Below the pieces are notes generated by a model. That model made no database searches, had not been told where the DNA came from, and saw only the letters and a program-made list of their open reading frames with translations. Of a stretch of 64,000 bases of DNA, positions 48,395-57,319 are shown one piece after another. The stretch is taken from assembly GCA_017428025.1 (NCBI GenBank), contig JAFRRO010000065.1, positions 2,621-66,620 on the forward strand, read 5' to 3'. The position numbers and the translations under genes were made by a program. Position 1 is the first letter of the stretch; every line of letters starts with the position of its first letter. Origin of the DNA: Clostridia bacterium. Lineage in GTDB: Bacteria > Bacillota > Clostridia > Christensenellales > CAG-138.

Positions 48395-48423
48395 TTGCGA
48401 CTTTGTAAATCCTTTGCTATAAT
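48395..48423 (+). promoter_or_regulatory. sigma-70-type promoter of ftsA-ftsZ
   Basis: TTGCGA, 17-nt spacer, TATAAT, in an AT-rich intergenic region. Confidence 0.6.
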
Positions 48424-48448
48424 ATAATTAACTTTGCGGAGGATGAGG

Positions 48449-49642
48449 ATGAAGCCGGCTGCAATTTTGGACATCGGCAGCTCAAAGGCGGTATGCCTTT
48501 CGGGCAGCGTTTTAGATAAGGGCGGCATCGTGGTACACGGCGCCGGCGTTTCGGGATGCGAGGGCTACCTCGGAAATACGTTTCCGGACAAGCAGAGCCT
48601 GCACGACGCGATCATCGACGCGGTGCAGAAGGCCGAGCAGGAAGCGCGTTCGAGGATACGCGACGTCGCGCTGACCGTGCCGGCGGCGTTTTCGAAGCTC
48701 GTCCTTTCCGACATGACCATGACGCTCGGCGAGCACGCGCGCGTGGTCGAGCCTTCGGACGTGGACCGGCTGATCGAGCTGTCGTTCCGCAAGATCGGCA
48801 CGCCGGAGGGATATGTGCTCATGCACAGCACGCCGGTGTTTTTTCTCGTCGACGGCATCTCGTCGGCGGAAATGCCGCAGGGCATCATGACCGAGGAGAT
48901 CTCGGGGCTCATCGCGCACATGTTCGTCGAGGAGGCGTACATCGCGACGATCCAGCAGGCGCTCGACGATATCGGCGTCGAAATCTCGATGTGCATCAGC
49001 GCCGCGCTGGGCGAAGCGACGATGCTGATCCCCGAAACCGAGCGCGTCCGCCCCGCCGTGCTGATCGACGTCGGCTACCGGCAGACGGACATCTGCGTGA
49101 TCGAGAACGCCGCGCTGACCGGACTTGCCACGATCCCGATGGGCGGATACCAGTTCGCAAGCGACCTTGCGTTCGGACTCGACGTGACGCAGCAGAGCGC
49201 GGAACAGGCGAAGCGCCGCTTCGTATTCTCGCTCGATTACGGCGACAAGACGGAGATCCTCCGTTCGGAGTCCGAGTCCAAGCGCGTCGCGAACAGCACG
49301 ATCGCGTACATCATCGAGGCGCGCGCGAACGACCTTGCGGCGCACATCCGCGAGGAGCTCGACCGGCTGCAGGTGAATCTCGAATCGCGTCCGGTCGTGT
49401 ATCTTTCGGGCGGCGGATTCCTGATGATGCGCGGATCGCTCGACTTTCTCAAGAAAGCGCTGGGCTTTCCGATCAAGCGGGACATGCCGTGGACGCCGCG
49501 GCTCTCTTCGCCCAACTACTGCAGCGCGTTCGGCGCGCTCAACTTCGTCCTTCGCGCAAACCGCACGGATGACCGTCCGCAGGAACCGGCGCCGGACGAA
49601 ACCGGCTTTTGGCAGAAATTGAAGGATTTCTTCACAAAATAA
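48449..49642 (+). CDS. ftsA: cell division protein FtsA
   Basis: ATG 48449 (MKPAAILDIGSSK) lies 6 nt after GGAGG. Actin-like fold blocks are present. C-terminal amphipathic helix GFWQKLKDFF. It sits directly upstream of ftsZ. Confidence 0.85.
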   Translation: MKPAAILDIGSSKAVCLSGSVLDKGGIVVHGAGVSGCEGYLGNTFPDKQSLHDAIIDAVQKAEQEARSRIRDVALTVPAAFSKLVLSDMTMTLGEHARVVEPSDVDRLIELSFRKIGTPEGYVLMHSTPVFFLVDGISSAEMPQGIMTEEISGLIAHMFVEEAYIATIQQALDDIGVEISMCISAALGEATMLIPETERVRPAVLIDVGYRQTDICVIENAALTGLATIPMGGYQFASDLAFGLDVTQQSAEQAKRRFVFSLDYGDKTEILRSESESKRVANSTIAYIIEARANDLAAHIREELDRLQVNLESRPVVYLSGGGFLMMRGSLDFLKKALGFPIKRDMPWTPRLSSPNYCSAFGALNFVLRANRTDDRPQEPAPDETGFWQKLKDFFTK

Positions 49643-49681
49643 AAGTACTTCACGAAATCAACAAAGGGGGAACCACCATCC

Positions 49682-50926
49682 ATGTTTGAGAACAATGCAG
49701 AAACCACCAACTTTGCACAGATTCGCGTCGTCGGCGTCGGCGGTGCGGGCTGCAACGCGGTCAACCGTATGGTGCAGTACGGGCTTCAGGGCGTGGAATT
49801 CATCGCCGTCAATACCGACAAGCAGGCGCTTCAGCTCTCCGCGGGGCAGAAAAAGATTCAGATCGGCGAAAAGCTGACCAAGGGACTCGGCGCAGGTGCG
49901 GACCCCGAAATCGGCCGCAAGGCTGCGGAAGAAAGCCGCGACATCATCTGTGAAGCGCTGAAGGGCAGCGACATGATCTTCATCACCGCCGGTATGGGCG
50001 GCGGCACGGGCACCGGCGCGGCAGCGGTTATCGCGGAATGCGCGAAGGAGCTCGGAATCCTGACCGTCGGCGTCGTCACCAAGCCGTTCACGTTCGAAGG
50101 CCGCGTGCGCATGCGCAACGCCGAACAGGGCATCGCGAACCTCAAGCCCGCGGTCGACACGCTGATCACGATCCCGAACGACAAGCTGATCGCGCTGGTC
50201 GGCAAGTCCTCCCTCCCCGACGCGCTGCGCGTTGCGGACGATGTTCTCCGTCAGGGCATTCAGGGCATTTCCGACCTGATCGCCGTCCCCGCGATGATCA
50301 ACCTCGACTTTGCGGACGTCAAGACGATCATGAAGGAAAAGGGCATGGCGCACATGGGCATCGGCTCCGCGGTCGGCGAAAAGCGCGCGAGCGAGGCGGC
50401 GCGTCAGGCGGTCGAGAGCCCGCTGCTCGAAACCTCGATCAAGGGTGCGAAGGGCATTCTGATGAACATCACCGGCGGCAGCGACCTGTCGCTTCTCGAA
50501 GTCAACGAGGCCGCGGAGATCATCGGCGAGAACGCCGATCCCGAGGCGAACATCATCTTCGGCGCGGACATCGACGAGAGCATGGGCGACGCGCTCCGCA
50601 TCACCGTCATTGCGACCGGCTTCGACCGTACCGAGACCGAAAAGAACGACCTGCAGATGGGCGGCAGCGCGCCGAGACGCAGCTTTGTCGACTCCCGTCC
50701 GTTCGGCACGCCGATGAATCAGACGGCGCCCGTTTCCGCGCAGAACGCGTTCTCCGCACGCGCATACGCCGATCCGCTCGAAAAGCCCGATCCCGTGATG
50801 AGCGCACCGGAACGCAAGCCGGAACCGCAGCAGCCGCTGTACCGCGATCCGAGCGCGGACCTTCGCAAGGACTACAACGAGCGTCCCGCGAACAAGCTCG
50901 ACATCCCTGCGTTCCTGCGCAAATAA
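49682..50926 (+). CDS. ftsZ: cell division protein FtsZ
   Basis: [32 protein letters not shown]-terminal DIPAFLRK. Confidence 0.97.
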   Translation: MFENNAETTNFAQIRVVGVGGAGCNAVNRMVQYGLQGVEFIAVNTDKQALQLSAGQKKIQIGEKLTKGLGAGADPEIGRKAAEESRDIICEALKGSDMIFITAGMGGGTGTGAAAVIAECAKELGILTVGVVTKPFTFEGRVRMRNAEQGIANLKPAVDTLITIPNDKLIALVGKSSLPDALRVADDVLRQGIQGISDLIAVPAMINLDFADVKTIMKEKGMAHMGIGSAVGEKRASEAARQAVESPLLETSIKGAKGILMNITGGSDLSLLEVNEAAEIIGENADPEANIIFGADIDESMGDALRITVIATGFDRTETEKNDLQMGGSAPRRSFVDSRPFGTPMNQTAPVSAQNAFSARAYADPLEKPDPVMSAPERKPEPQQPLYRDPSADLRKDYNERPANKLDIPAFLRK

Positions 50927-50935
50927 CAAACAAAC

Positions 50936-50968
50936 GGGCAGATGAAGCGATTCATCTGCCCTCTTTCT
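50936..50968. terminator. terminator between convergent ftsZ and comEC-like genes
   Basis: GGGCAGATGAA-gcga-TTCATCTGCCC followed by TCTTTC. Confidence 0.75.
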
Positions 50969-50983
50969 ATCCTTTTACCGCCG

Positions 50984-52159
50984 CTAAATTGCAAACCACA
51001 GCACGATAGACGCGATCAGAACCGCAAAGCCGATCCACGGGACGCGCCTGCGATTGGCAAAATTCAAAGGCGAACAAAGCAGCAGCGCAGCAAAGTACAG
51101 CGCAATCGCGAACGGATGCGGGCGCGGCAGACGCAGCACCGGCACATCGAGACGAGCGGTTACCTGCGTAAGGAATTCCATCGCCCCGTACGCCGGAAGG
51201 GACAAAACCTTCGCGATATGCGGCGCAAAGCCGTACAGGAACACCGCAAAGAAGCCGCACACGAGTATGATCGGCATCGTCGGGATCAGCAGGATCGACA
51301 GCGGGATCGATACCCACGCGACCGAACCGAAGTAATATGCTTGCAGCGGCAGCAGTCCGAGCGACGCTGCGGCGGCGCTCGTCAGCGCCCTCACGATTGC
51401 GGAATTGCCGAACAGTTTGAACGGCTTGCGGAACGCTTTTGCGAGCAGCACCATGCCGCCCGTCGCCGCAAACGACATCTGAAAACCGGCGGTGGAAACA
51501 CTGTACGGATCGAGCAGAAGCGTACAGGCCATCGCGAAGCACAGCACGGATGCGCGGTCGACCTGTCTGTCGCGCAGACGGCACAGCTGGACGCCGAGCA
51601 GCATGAACACCGCGCGCAGTACGGATGCGGAAAAACCGGTTACTGCGCACAGAAACACGCAGAACAGCGCCTCCGCCGCAAGCGTAAGCCAGCGGACGGA
51701 CGAGCGCACGATGCGCGAGAACGCGCCGACCAGCAGCGTCACGTGCAGACCGGACACGGCGAACATATGCAGCAGGCCGCTTTGCGCATACTGCGCGGTC
51801 AGCGCCGAATCCATCATGCTGCGGTCTCCGAGCAGGATCCCCCTCGCCTCCGCCGCGCGGTCCGAAAAGAGCGCGTCCGCATTCAGACAGAGCTGTTCGC
51901 GAAGGGTCGTCACAAAGCGGATCGGCGGCATCTGCGCCGGCAGCAGCACGGCGCGTACGAGCACGAAAAACAGCACCGCCGGCAGCAGGAAAAAAGCGCT
52001 GCGGCGCTTGAACAAAAACACGGAAACCGGAATCAGCGCCGCGCAGAGCGCGAGCAGCAGCCAATCCGGCACGAGCAAAGCAAGCACCGACGCCATGACC
52101 GCGCCGAGTGCCGCGCCCGCCATCGGACGGCTGTGCAGTTGGATTCCGATCCGTTCCAT
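50984..52159 (-). CDS. comEC: ComEC/Rec2-family membrane protein (core competence domain only)
   Basis: 391 aa, polytopic, with the block SGLLHMFAVSGLHVTLLVG. No metallo-beta-lactamase-like C-terminal domain is visible. Confidence 0.7.
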   Translation of the reverse strand: MERIGIQLHSRPMAGAALGAVMASVLALLVPDWLLLALCAALIPVSVFLFKRRSAFFLLPAVLFFVLVRAVLLPAQMPPIRFVTTLREQLCLNADALFSDRAAEARGILLGDRSMMDSALTAQYAQSGLLHMFAVSGLHVTLLVGAFSRIVRSSVRWLTLAAEALFCVFLCAVTGFSASVLRAVFMLLGVQLCRLRDRQVDRASVLCFAMACTLLLDPYSVSTAGFQMSFAATGGMVLLAKAFRKPFKLFGNSAIVRALTSAAAASLGLLPLQAYYFGSVAWVSIPLSILLIPTMPIILVCGFFAVFLYGFAPHIAKVLSLPAYGAMEFLTQVTARLDVPVLRLPRPHPFAIALYFAALLLCSPLNFANRRRVPWIGFAVLIASIVLWFAI

Positions 52160-52226
52160 GAAAACAGTATACCAACATTTTACAAAAAGCGCAACGATAC
52201 ATCGTTACTATTTGAGGAGGCAAACT

Positions 52227-52943
52227 ATGAACGCATTGAAACATCTGATCGACAAGGCAAACAGGATCGTCTTTTTGGGCGGCGCGGGACTGAGCACCGA
52301 GAGCGGCATCCCGGATTTCCGTTCGAGCGACGGCGTATTCAAAGCGGTGAAGGCGTACGGCGTGCCGCCGGAAACGCTGCTTTCGATCGACTTTTTCGAG
52401 GACTATCCGGAGATCTTCTACGACTATTACAAAAAATACCTGATCTATCCCGACGCGAAGCCGAACAAGGCGCACAAAGCGCTTGCGAAGCTCGAGGCGC
52501 AGGGCAAGCTCAACGCGGTCGTGACGCAGAACATCGACGGGCTGCATCAGGCGGCGGGAAGCAAACACGTGTGCGAGCTGCACGGCAGCGTCTACCGCAA
52601 CCACTGCACCAAATGCCGCCGGTTCTATTCGCTCGATCAGATCATGGCGATGCAGGGCGTGCCGACCTGCGAATGCGGCGGCATCATCAAGCCGGACGTC
52701 GTGCTGTACGGCGAGGGGCTCGACAATTCGGTCGTCGTCGACGCGATCAAAAGCATCCGCGAGGCGGACACGATGATCGTCGGCGGAACGTCGCTGAACG
52801 TCTATCCCGCGGCGGGGCTGATCGACTATTTCCGCGGCGACAATCTCATCGTGATCAATCTGTCCCCCACGCCGCGCGACCGCGAGGCGACGATCTGCGT
52901 GCACGAGAAAATCGGCGAGGCGCTTTCGTTCATTTTGGATTGA
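52227..52943 (+). CDS. cobB: NAD-dependent protein deacylase (Sir2 family)
   Basis: Start at ATG 52227 after GAGGAGG. Motifs GAGLSTESGIPDFR, QNIDGLH, and zinc motifs CTKC...CECGG. Confidence 0.9.
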   Translation: MNALKHLIDKANRIVFLGGAGLSTESGIPDFRSSDGVFKAVKAYGVPPETLLSIDFFEDYPEIFYDYYKKYLIYPDAKPNKAHKALAKLEAQGKLNAVVTQNIDGLHQAAGSKHVCELHGSVYRNHCTKCRRFYSLDQIMAMQGVPTCECGGIIKPDVVLYGEGLDNSVVVDAIKSIREADTMIVGGTSLNVYPAAGLIDYFRGDNLIVINLSPTPRDREATICVHEKIGEALSFILD

Positions 52944-53002
52944 CTTTCCGAAATTGCGCGCTATAATGATTGGATGGGAGTTATCCTGAAAGGAGTCTAT
53001 CC

Positions 53003-53335
53003 ATGCAGCTGCTGGTAATCACAATCGACAAATGCGACGAATTCCTGAATACGCTCGAAGGACTTCGCGCACACGGCATGAACGGCATCGTGTTTGACAG
53101 CACGAGCTTGAAGCATGCACTTTTGGAGAGCGACATCAACGCCGCGCCGATCTTCGCAGGCGTTTCCAAGCTGGTGCGGTCCGAGTTTGAGCCGAGCCAC
53201 ACCGCGTTTCTGCTTTTGAACGACGATCAGATCGAACACGCAAAGCGCGTAGTTCGCCGCAATACAAACGGACTGGGCAAAAAGGGCGTCATGTTCACGA
53301 TCCCGATCAGCTCTTTCGAAGGAATCGAGGAATAA
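53003..53335 (+). CDS. small hypothetical protein, possibly P-II-like fold
   Basis: ATG 53003 (MQLLVITIDKCDEFLNTLEGLRAHGMNGIVFDS) after AGGAG. The beta-alpha-beta start resembles P-II/DarA-type proteins. Its stop lies 3 nt before the antiporter gene. Confidence 0.5.
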   Translation: MQLLVITIDKCDEFLNTLEGLRAHGMNGIVFDSTSLKHALLESDINAAPIFAGVSKLVRSEFEPSHTAFLLLNDDQIEHAKRVVRRNTNGLGKKGVMFTIPISSFEGIEE

Positions 53336-53338
53336 GAA

Positions 53339-54601
53339 ATGCCTACCCTGTCTGCGCTTTTGGCGCTGGGGCTCGCCATGATCGGCGGCCTTGCTATGTC
53401 GCGCCTTATGAAACTGCTGCACCTGCCCAACGTGACCGGCTATCTGTTCGCCGGTCTGCTGATCGGTCCTTATTTATTGCCCCTGATCTTCGGAAAGGGC
53501 GTCTGTCTGCTCACCGAGGACGCGGTGCAATCCCTTGCGCCGATCACCGACATTGCGCTCGGTTTTATCGCGTTTTCGATCGGCGGCGAGTTTAAGCTCT
53601 CGTACATCAAGAAGCTCGGCGTGCGCATCATCGTCATCACGCTGGTGCAGGCGATCACGACCGTTCTGTTCGTCATCGCCGCCCTGCTTCTGATCCCGAA
53701 CGAGAGCGACACGCACCGCATTGCGATGGCGCTGCTGCTCGGCGCGATCGCCGCTGCGACGGCACCCGCCGCGACGCTGATGGTCGTTCGCCAGTATCGG
53801 GCGAAGGGTCCGGTCACCGACACGCTTCTGCCGGTCGTCGCATTCGACGATGCGGTCGGTCTGATGATCTTCTCGGTCTGCTTCTCGCTTGCAAAGTCGC
53901 TGTCCACCGGCGCGGCGATCACGTTCTCCGAAGCCGTCTTAAAACCGCTTCTCGAAATCGTGCTCTCCGTTGCGATCGGCGCGGCGCTCGGCGCGATCCT
54001 TACGCTTTGCATGCGCTTCTTCCATTCGCGGGCGAACCGCCTTTGCCTGATGATCACCGCGGTCGTTCTCGGCGTGGCGTTCTCGGATCTTCTGGACCTC
54101 AGCTCGCTGCTGGTGTGCATGATGATCGGCGCGCTGTTTGCAAACCTCCGGAACGACGCGATCGAAATTCTGGACGGCACCGAGCAATGGACGCCGCCGC
54201 TGTTCATGCTCTTCTTCGTACTTTCGGGCGCGGAGCTGGACCTGACGATCCTGCCGATCGTCGGCGTGATGGGCGTCGTCTACCTCGCCGCCCGTTCGCT
54301 CGGCAAGTACTTCGGCGCGTTCTTCGGCGCGATGCTTTCGAAGTCGGAGCGCACGGTGCGCAACTATCTCGGCATTACGCTGCTGCCGCAGGCGGGCGTT
54401 GCGATCGGTATGGCGCAGAGCATCGCCGTCAATCCCGAGCTGCACGCGGCGGGCATTTCGAGCCAAATCGTCGCGATCGTGCTGTTTGCGACGCTGGTCT
54501 ATGAACTGGTCGGTCCGGTACTGACCAAGATCGCGCTGACCAAGGCGGGCGAAATCACCGCAGCTCCCAAGAAAACCAAAGGCGTCGCGAAACGCGCGTG
54601 A
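53339..54601 (+). CDS. cation:proton antiporter (CPA2-type membrane domain, no fused RCK domain)
   Basis: 420 aa, about 12 TM segments. N-terminal block LHLPNVTGYLFAGLLIGP is typical of Kef/NapA-type exchangers. Confidence 0.8.
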   Translation: MPTLSALLALGLAMIGGLAMSRLMKLLHLPNVTGYLFAGLLIGPYLLPLIFGKGVCLLTEDAVQSLAPITDIALGFIAFSIGGEFKLSYIKKLGVRIIVITLVQAITTVLFVIAALLLIPNESDTHRIAMALLLGAIAAATAPAATLMVVRQYRAKGPVTDTLLPVVAFDDAVGLMIFSVCFSLAKSLSTGAAITFSEAVLKPLLEIVLSVAIGAALGAILTLCMRFFHSRANRLCLMITAVVLGVAFSDLLDLSSLLVCMMIGALFANLRNDAIEILDGTEQWTPPLFMLFFVLSGAELDLTILPIVGVMGVVYLAARSLGKYFGAFFGAMLSKSERTVRNYLGITLLPQAGVAIGMAQSIAVNPELHAAGISSQIVAIVLFATLVYELVGPVLTKIALTKAGEITAAPKKTKGVAKRA

Positions 54602-54621
54602 CGCGGAAAGGATATCAAACA

Positions 54622-55443
54622 ATGAGCGAATGTACCCATGACTGCAGCACCTGCACGGAAAACTGCTCGGAACGTCAGGAAACCGACTTCCGTGCAAAGC
54701 CCCATCCCCTCTCGTCCGTCAAAAAGGTGATCGCCGTACTGTCCGGCAAGGGCGGCGTCGGCAAGTCCCTCGTCACCTCCCTTCTTGCGGTCAACGCGAT
54801 GCGCAGCGGCGATCACGCCGCGATCCTCGATGCGGACATCACCGGTCCGTCGATCCCGAACGCATTCGGCGTGCATGAGAAGGCGACCGGAAACGATCTC
54901 GGCATCTTCCCCTCCCGCTCGAAGCTCGGCATTGATCTGATGTCGATCAACCTGCTTCTTGAGCACGAGACCGATCCCGTCATCTGGCGCGGACCGATCG
55001 TTGCCGGAACCGTCAAGCAGTTCTGGAGCGACGTCATCTGGAAGGACGTCGATATCATGTTCATCGACATGCCTCCGGGAACCGGCGACGTGCCGCTGAC
55101 CGTATTCCAGTCCCTGCCGATCGACGGCGTCGTCGTCGTCACCTCGCCGCAGGAGCTTGTCGGCATGGTCGTGCAGAAGGCGGTCAACATGGCGAACATG
55201 ATGCACATTCCGGTGCTCGGCGTCGTCGAGAACTACAGCTATTTCGAGTGCCCCGACTGCGGCAGGCGCCACAACCTGTTCGGCGACAGCCACATCGAAA
55301 AGGTCGCCGCGGAGAACGGCATCGAAACCGTCTGCCGCATTCCGGTCAACCCGAAGCTTGCGGCGGCGTGCGATGCGGGTCTCATTGAGCTCTACGAGGG
55401 CGACTGGCTGGACGAACTGACGAAGAAGATCGAAGCGCTATGA
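54622..55443 (+). CDS. Mrp/NBP35/ApbC-family Fe-S cluster carrier ATPase
   Basis: Cys-rich N-terminus CTHDCSTCTENC, deviant Walker A LSGKGGVGKS, CPDCG motif. Confidence 0.9.
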   Translation: MSECTHDCSTCTENCSERQETDFRAKPHPLSSVKKVIAVLSGKGGVGKSLVTSLLAVNAMRSGDHAAILDADITGPSIPNAFGVHEKATGNDLGIFPSRSKLGIDLMSINLLLEHETDPVIWRGPIVAGTVKQFWSDVIWKDVDIMFIDMPPGTGDVPLTVFQSLPIDGVVVVTSPQELVGMVVQKAVNMANMMHIPVLGVVENYSYFECPDCGRRHNLFGDSHIEKVAAENGIETVCRIPVNPKLAAACDAGLIELYEGDWLDELTKKIEAL

Positions 55444-55889
55444 CACACGAAGAAAAAGCATTGCAGTATTTCAAGGACGGCGCAAACTGCGCGCAGGCGG
55501 TCGTTCTGGCGTTCCATGAGGAACTCGGCATCGACGAAGCTGCGGCAGCGCGGCTCGGCTCGTCGTTCGGCGGCGGCATTGGACGTCTGCGCGAAGTGTG
55601 CGGCGCGGTGTCCGGCATGATGATGGTCTACGGGATGCTCCGCGGATACGACGATCTCAGGGATCCGGCGGCGAAGAAAGCGCACTATCAGAACGTGCAG
55701 GCGCTGGCGGCGAAGTTCCGCGAGGAAAACGGCTCGATCGTCTGCCGCGAGCTTCTGGATCTTCGCAAAAACGAGAACAGCGATCCCACCCCCACCCCGC
55801 GCGACGCGAACTTTTACCATTCGCGCTCCTGCGCAGGCTTTGTGCAGTGCGCCGCACGGCTTCTGGACGAAGCGCTGAAAACGGAATAA
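55440..55889 (+). CDS. C_GCAxxG_C_C-family protein
   Basis: 149 aa: DGANCAQAVVLAF, EVCGAVSGMMMV, CRELL, CAGFVQC. Confidence 0.8.
   Translation: MTHEEKALQYFKDGANCAQAVVLAFHEELGIDEAAAARLGSSFGGGIGRLREVCGAVSGMMMVYGMLRGYDDLRDPAAKKAHYQNVQALAAKFREENGSIVCRELLDLRKNENSDPTPTPRDANFYHSRSCAGFVQCAARLLDEALKTE
55824..55879 (+). repeat. 56-bp direct repeat, left copy (3' end of the C_GCAxxG_C_C gene)
   Basis: CGCTCCTGCGCAGGCTTTGTGCAGTGCGCCGCACGGCTTCTGGACGAAGCGCTGAA matches 56869-56924 at 54 of 56 positions. Confidence 0.95.
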
Positions 55890-55896
55890 GCCGAAA

Positions 55897-55925
55897 GAAA
55901 ACGGACGCGGTCCGTTTTCTTTTTA
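55897..55925 (+). terminator. rho-independent terminator
   Basis: AAAACGGAC-gcg-GTCCGTTTT followed by CTTTTT. Confidence 0.75.
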
Positions 55926-56003
55926 CGATGGTATGTAAACTATACTTGACATATTGTCCTGTTTATGATACATTTACGACAAGCAGATTCGGAGGTGAAT
56001 GCT

Positions 56004-56591
56004 ATGGGCTCATGCATCTATTCAGACTTTTTCAACAGTCTCAGCGGTCTTGATATCATTTTTTATTTGCTCTATATGATCCTCATTATCCATGGGATGA
56101 TCGAAAAAAAGAAGAACAAAATAGTTGATTACGATGAGCGTCAGCAACAGAACCGTTTGAAAGCATTCCGGTTCGGATACATCTTCACGATTGTCGGCTG
56201 TTTCATTTCCGTAGGTCTCTATCCTGTGTGGATCCAGCTTAAGTTCTATATCCCTTTTTTGTTCTTTCTGCCCGTTGCAGTCGGTGATTGCGGTCTTACC
56301 CTTTTTTCCGTTATAACCGACTCATATCTCCCTCTTTGGGACAACTATAAATCCAGGTTTTACTTTCTGCTTTATTGTTTGATTATGATGGTAATTCATC
56401 TCTTGTTTTTCATCCTCCGTTTTCTGCGTTTAAGAGAAGCAGATGCTGCAGCCGAACTGAACATTATGAGCACAAATGCTTGCCTTATATTCTTGTTGTT
56501 CATTGTTTTTCTGATTGAGCTGATTGCCGTAATAATCAAGGTTCTCTGTGAGCGAAAAAGGAACAAAGAAGAAACAGCCGGCGTAGAATAG
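56004..56591 (+). CDS. polytopic membrane protein of unknown function
   Basis: ATG 56004 (MGSCIYSDFF) after GGAGGTG. 4-5 hydrophobic segments and AT-rich codon usage. Confidence 0.65.
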   Translation: MGSCIYSDFFNSLSGLDIIFYLLYMILIIHGMIEKKKNKIVDYDERQQQNRLKAFRFGYIFTIVGCFISVGLYPVWIQLKFYIPFLFFLPVAVGDCGLTLFSVITDSYLPLWDNYKSRFYFLLYCLIMMVIHLLFFILRFLRLREADAAAELNIMSTNACLIFLLFIVFLIELIAVIIKVLCERKRNKEETAGVE

Positions 56592-56634
56592 CGTCCACTG
56601 ATTTACATAAAAGCTATCAAAGCTGTATTGGAAT

Positions 56635-56868
56635 ATGAAAAATCTGAAACTGAAAGCCGCACGAACGCTCCACGAATTATCGCAGCAACAGCTTGCTGCA
56701 CGTGTCGGCGTCTCAAGACAAACAATCAACGCCATCGAAAAGGGTGATTATAATCCGACAATCAGGCTTTGCATCGCAATTTGCAAAGTTCTGCACAGCT
56801 CGCTCGACGAGCTCTTTTGGAATGATGACGATCCCCCGCCCTCAGCTTTCTCACCAGATTCGGATTAA
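56635..56868 (+). CDS. small XRE-family HTH transcriptional regulator
   Basis: 77 aa: LKAARTLHELSQQQLAARVGVSRQTINAIEKGDYNPTIRLCIAICKVL. This is the widespread ~70-aa HTH_3 type usually paired with a small membrane protein. Confidence 0.85.
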   Translation: MKNLKLKAARTLHELSQQQLAARVGVSRQTINAIEKGDYNPTIRLCIAICKVLHSSLDELFWNDDDPPPSAFSPDSD

Positions 56869-56924
56869 CGCTCCTGCGCAGGCTTTGTGCAGTGCGCCGC
56901 AAGGCTGCTGGACGAAGCGCTGAA
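56869..56924 (+). repeat. 56-bp direct repeat, right copy
   Basis: It starts immediately after the XRE stop codon. In the original frame it would read SCAGFVQCAARLLDEALNS-stop. Confidence 0.95.
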
Positions 56925-57028
56925 CAGCTGAACCATTTGCTGCGGCATAGTCTTTCTGCAGTCATTCGGAACGATAACAGCGATCGAAAATGAGCTTTTC
57001 TCTCGACAGATGAGAAACCACAAAATGT

Positions 57029-57116
57029 GTCATTCTGAGCCGAAGGCGAAGAATCTCTGAACATAAAAGTGTTTCACCGTTCAGAGATCCTTCGTCGCTT
57101 CGCTCCTCAGGATGAC
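57029..57116. repeat. REP/MITE-like imperfect palindrome, copy 2
   Basis: Arms are GTCATTCTGAGCCGAAGGCGAAGAATCTCTGAAC and GTTCAGAGATCCTTCGTCGCTTCGCTCCTCAGGATGAC, separated by a 16-nt loop. Confidence 0.8.
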
Positions 57117-57276
57117 ATGTTTTTTATTAGGGCGCTCTGATACGTCTCTTTTCGGCGGTGATCCGCTTCGCTTCCGCTCCTCTCGTTACAGCGGTGCCGT
57201 CGCGCGCTTCCCGCGCGTCGCCGTCTCTCCATTCTCGGCAGCCTGCACAGCGTGTCAAAAGTTTCTGACACGCTTT

Positions 57277-57305
57277 GCCCTCCTTTCGGGAGGGCTTTTC
57301 CGTTC
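57277..57305 (+). terminator. orphan rho-independent terminator, preceded by a second hairpin at 57249-57274
   Basis: GCCCTCC-tttc-GGAGGGC followed by TTTTCCGTTCTTT. Upstream hairpin is AGCGTGTCA-aaagtttc-TGACACGCT. No ORF ends nearby. Confidence 0.55.
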
Positions 57306-57319
57306 TTTCATATTATATG

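Larger units (their letters stand above)
55880..56868 (+). other. AT-rich two-gene islet between the 56-bp direct repeats
   Basis: By eye this stretch is much more AT-rich than all flanking genes. It carries only a membrane protein gene and a small XRE gene, with no recombinase. Confidence 0.6.

Noticed and set aside
50942-52966. 674-aa plus-strand and 645-aa minus-strand ORFs spanning comEC and cobB
   Set aside because: They are off-frame or antisense to the ComEC-like membrane protein and the Sir2 deacylase, both of which have clear motifs. Arg-rich composition.
55965-56003. Upstream start (MIHLRQADSEVNA...) for the islet membrane protein
   Set aside because: ATG 56004 sits at correct spacing from GGAGGTG. 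The 13 extra residues have no RBS and overlap that Shine-Dalgarno sequence.
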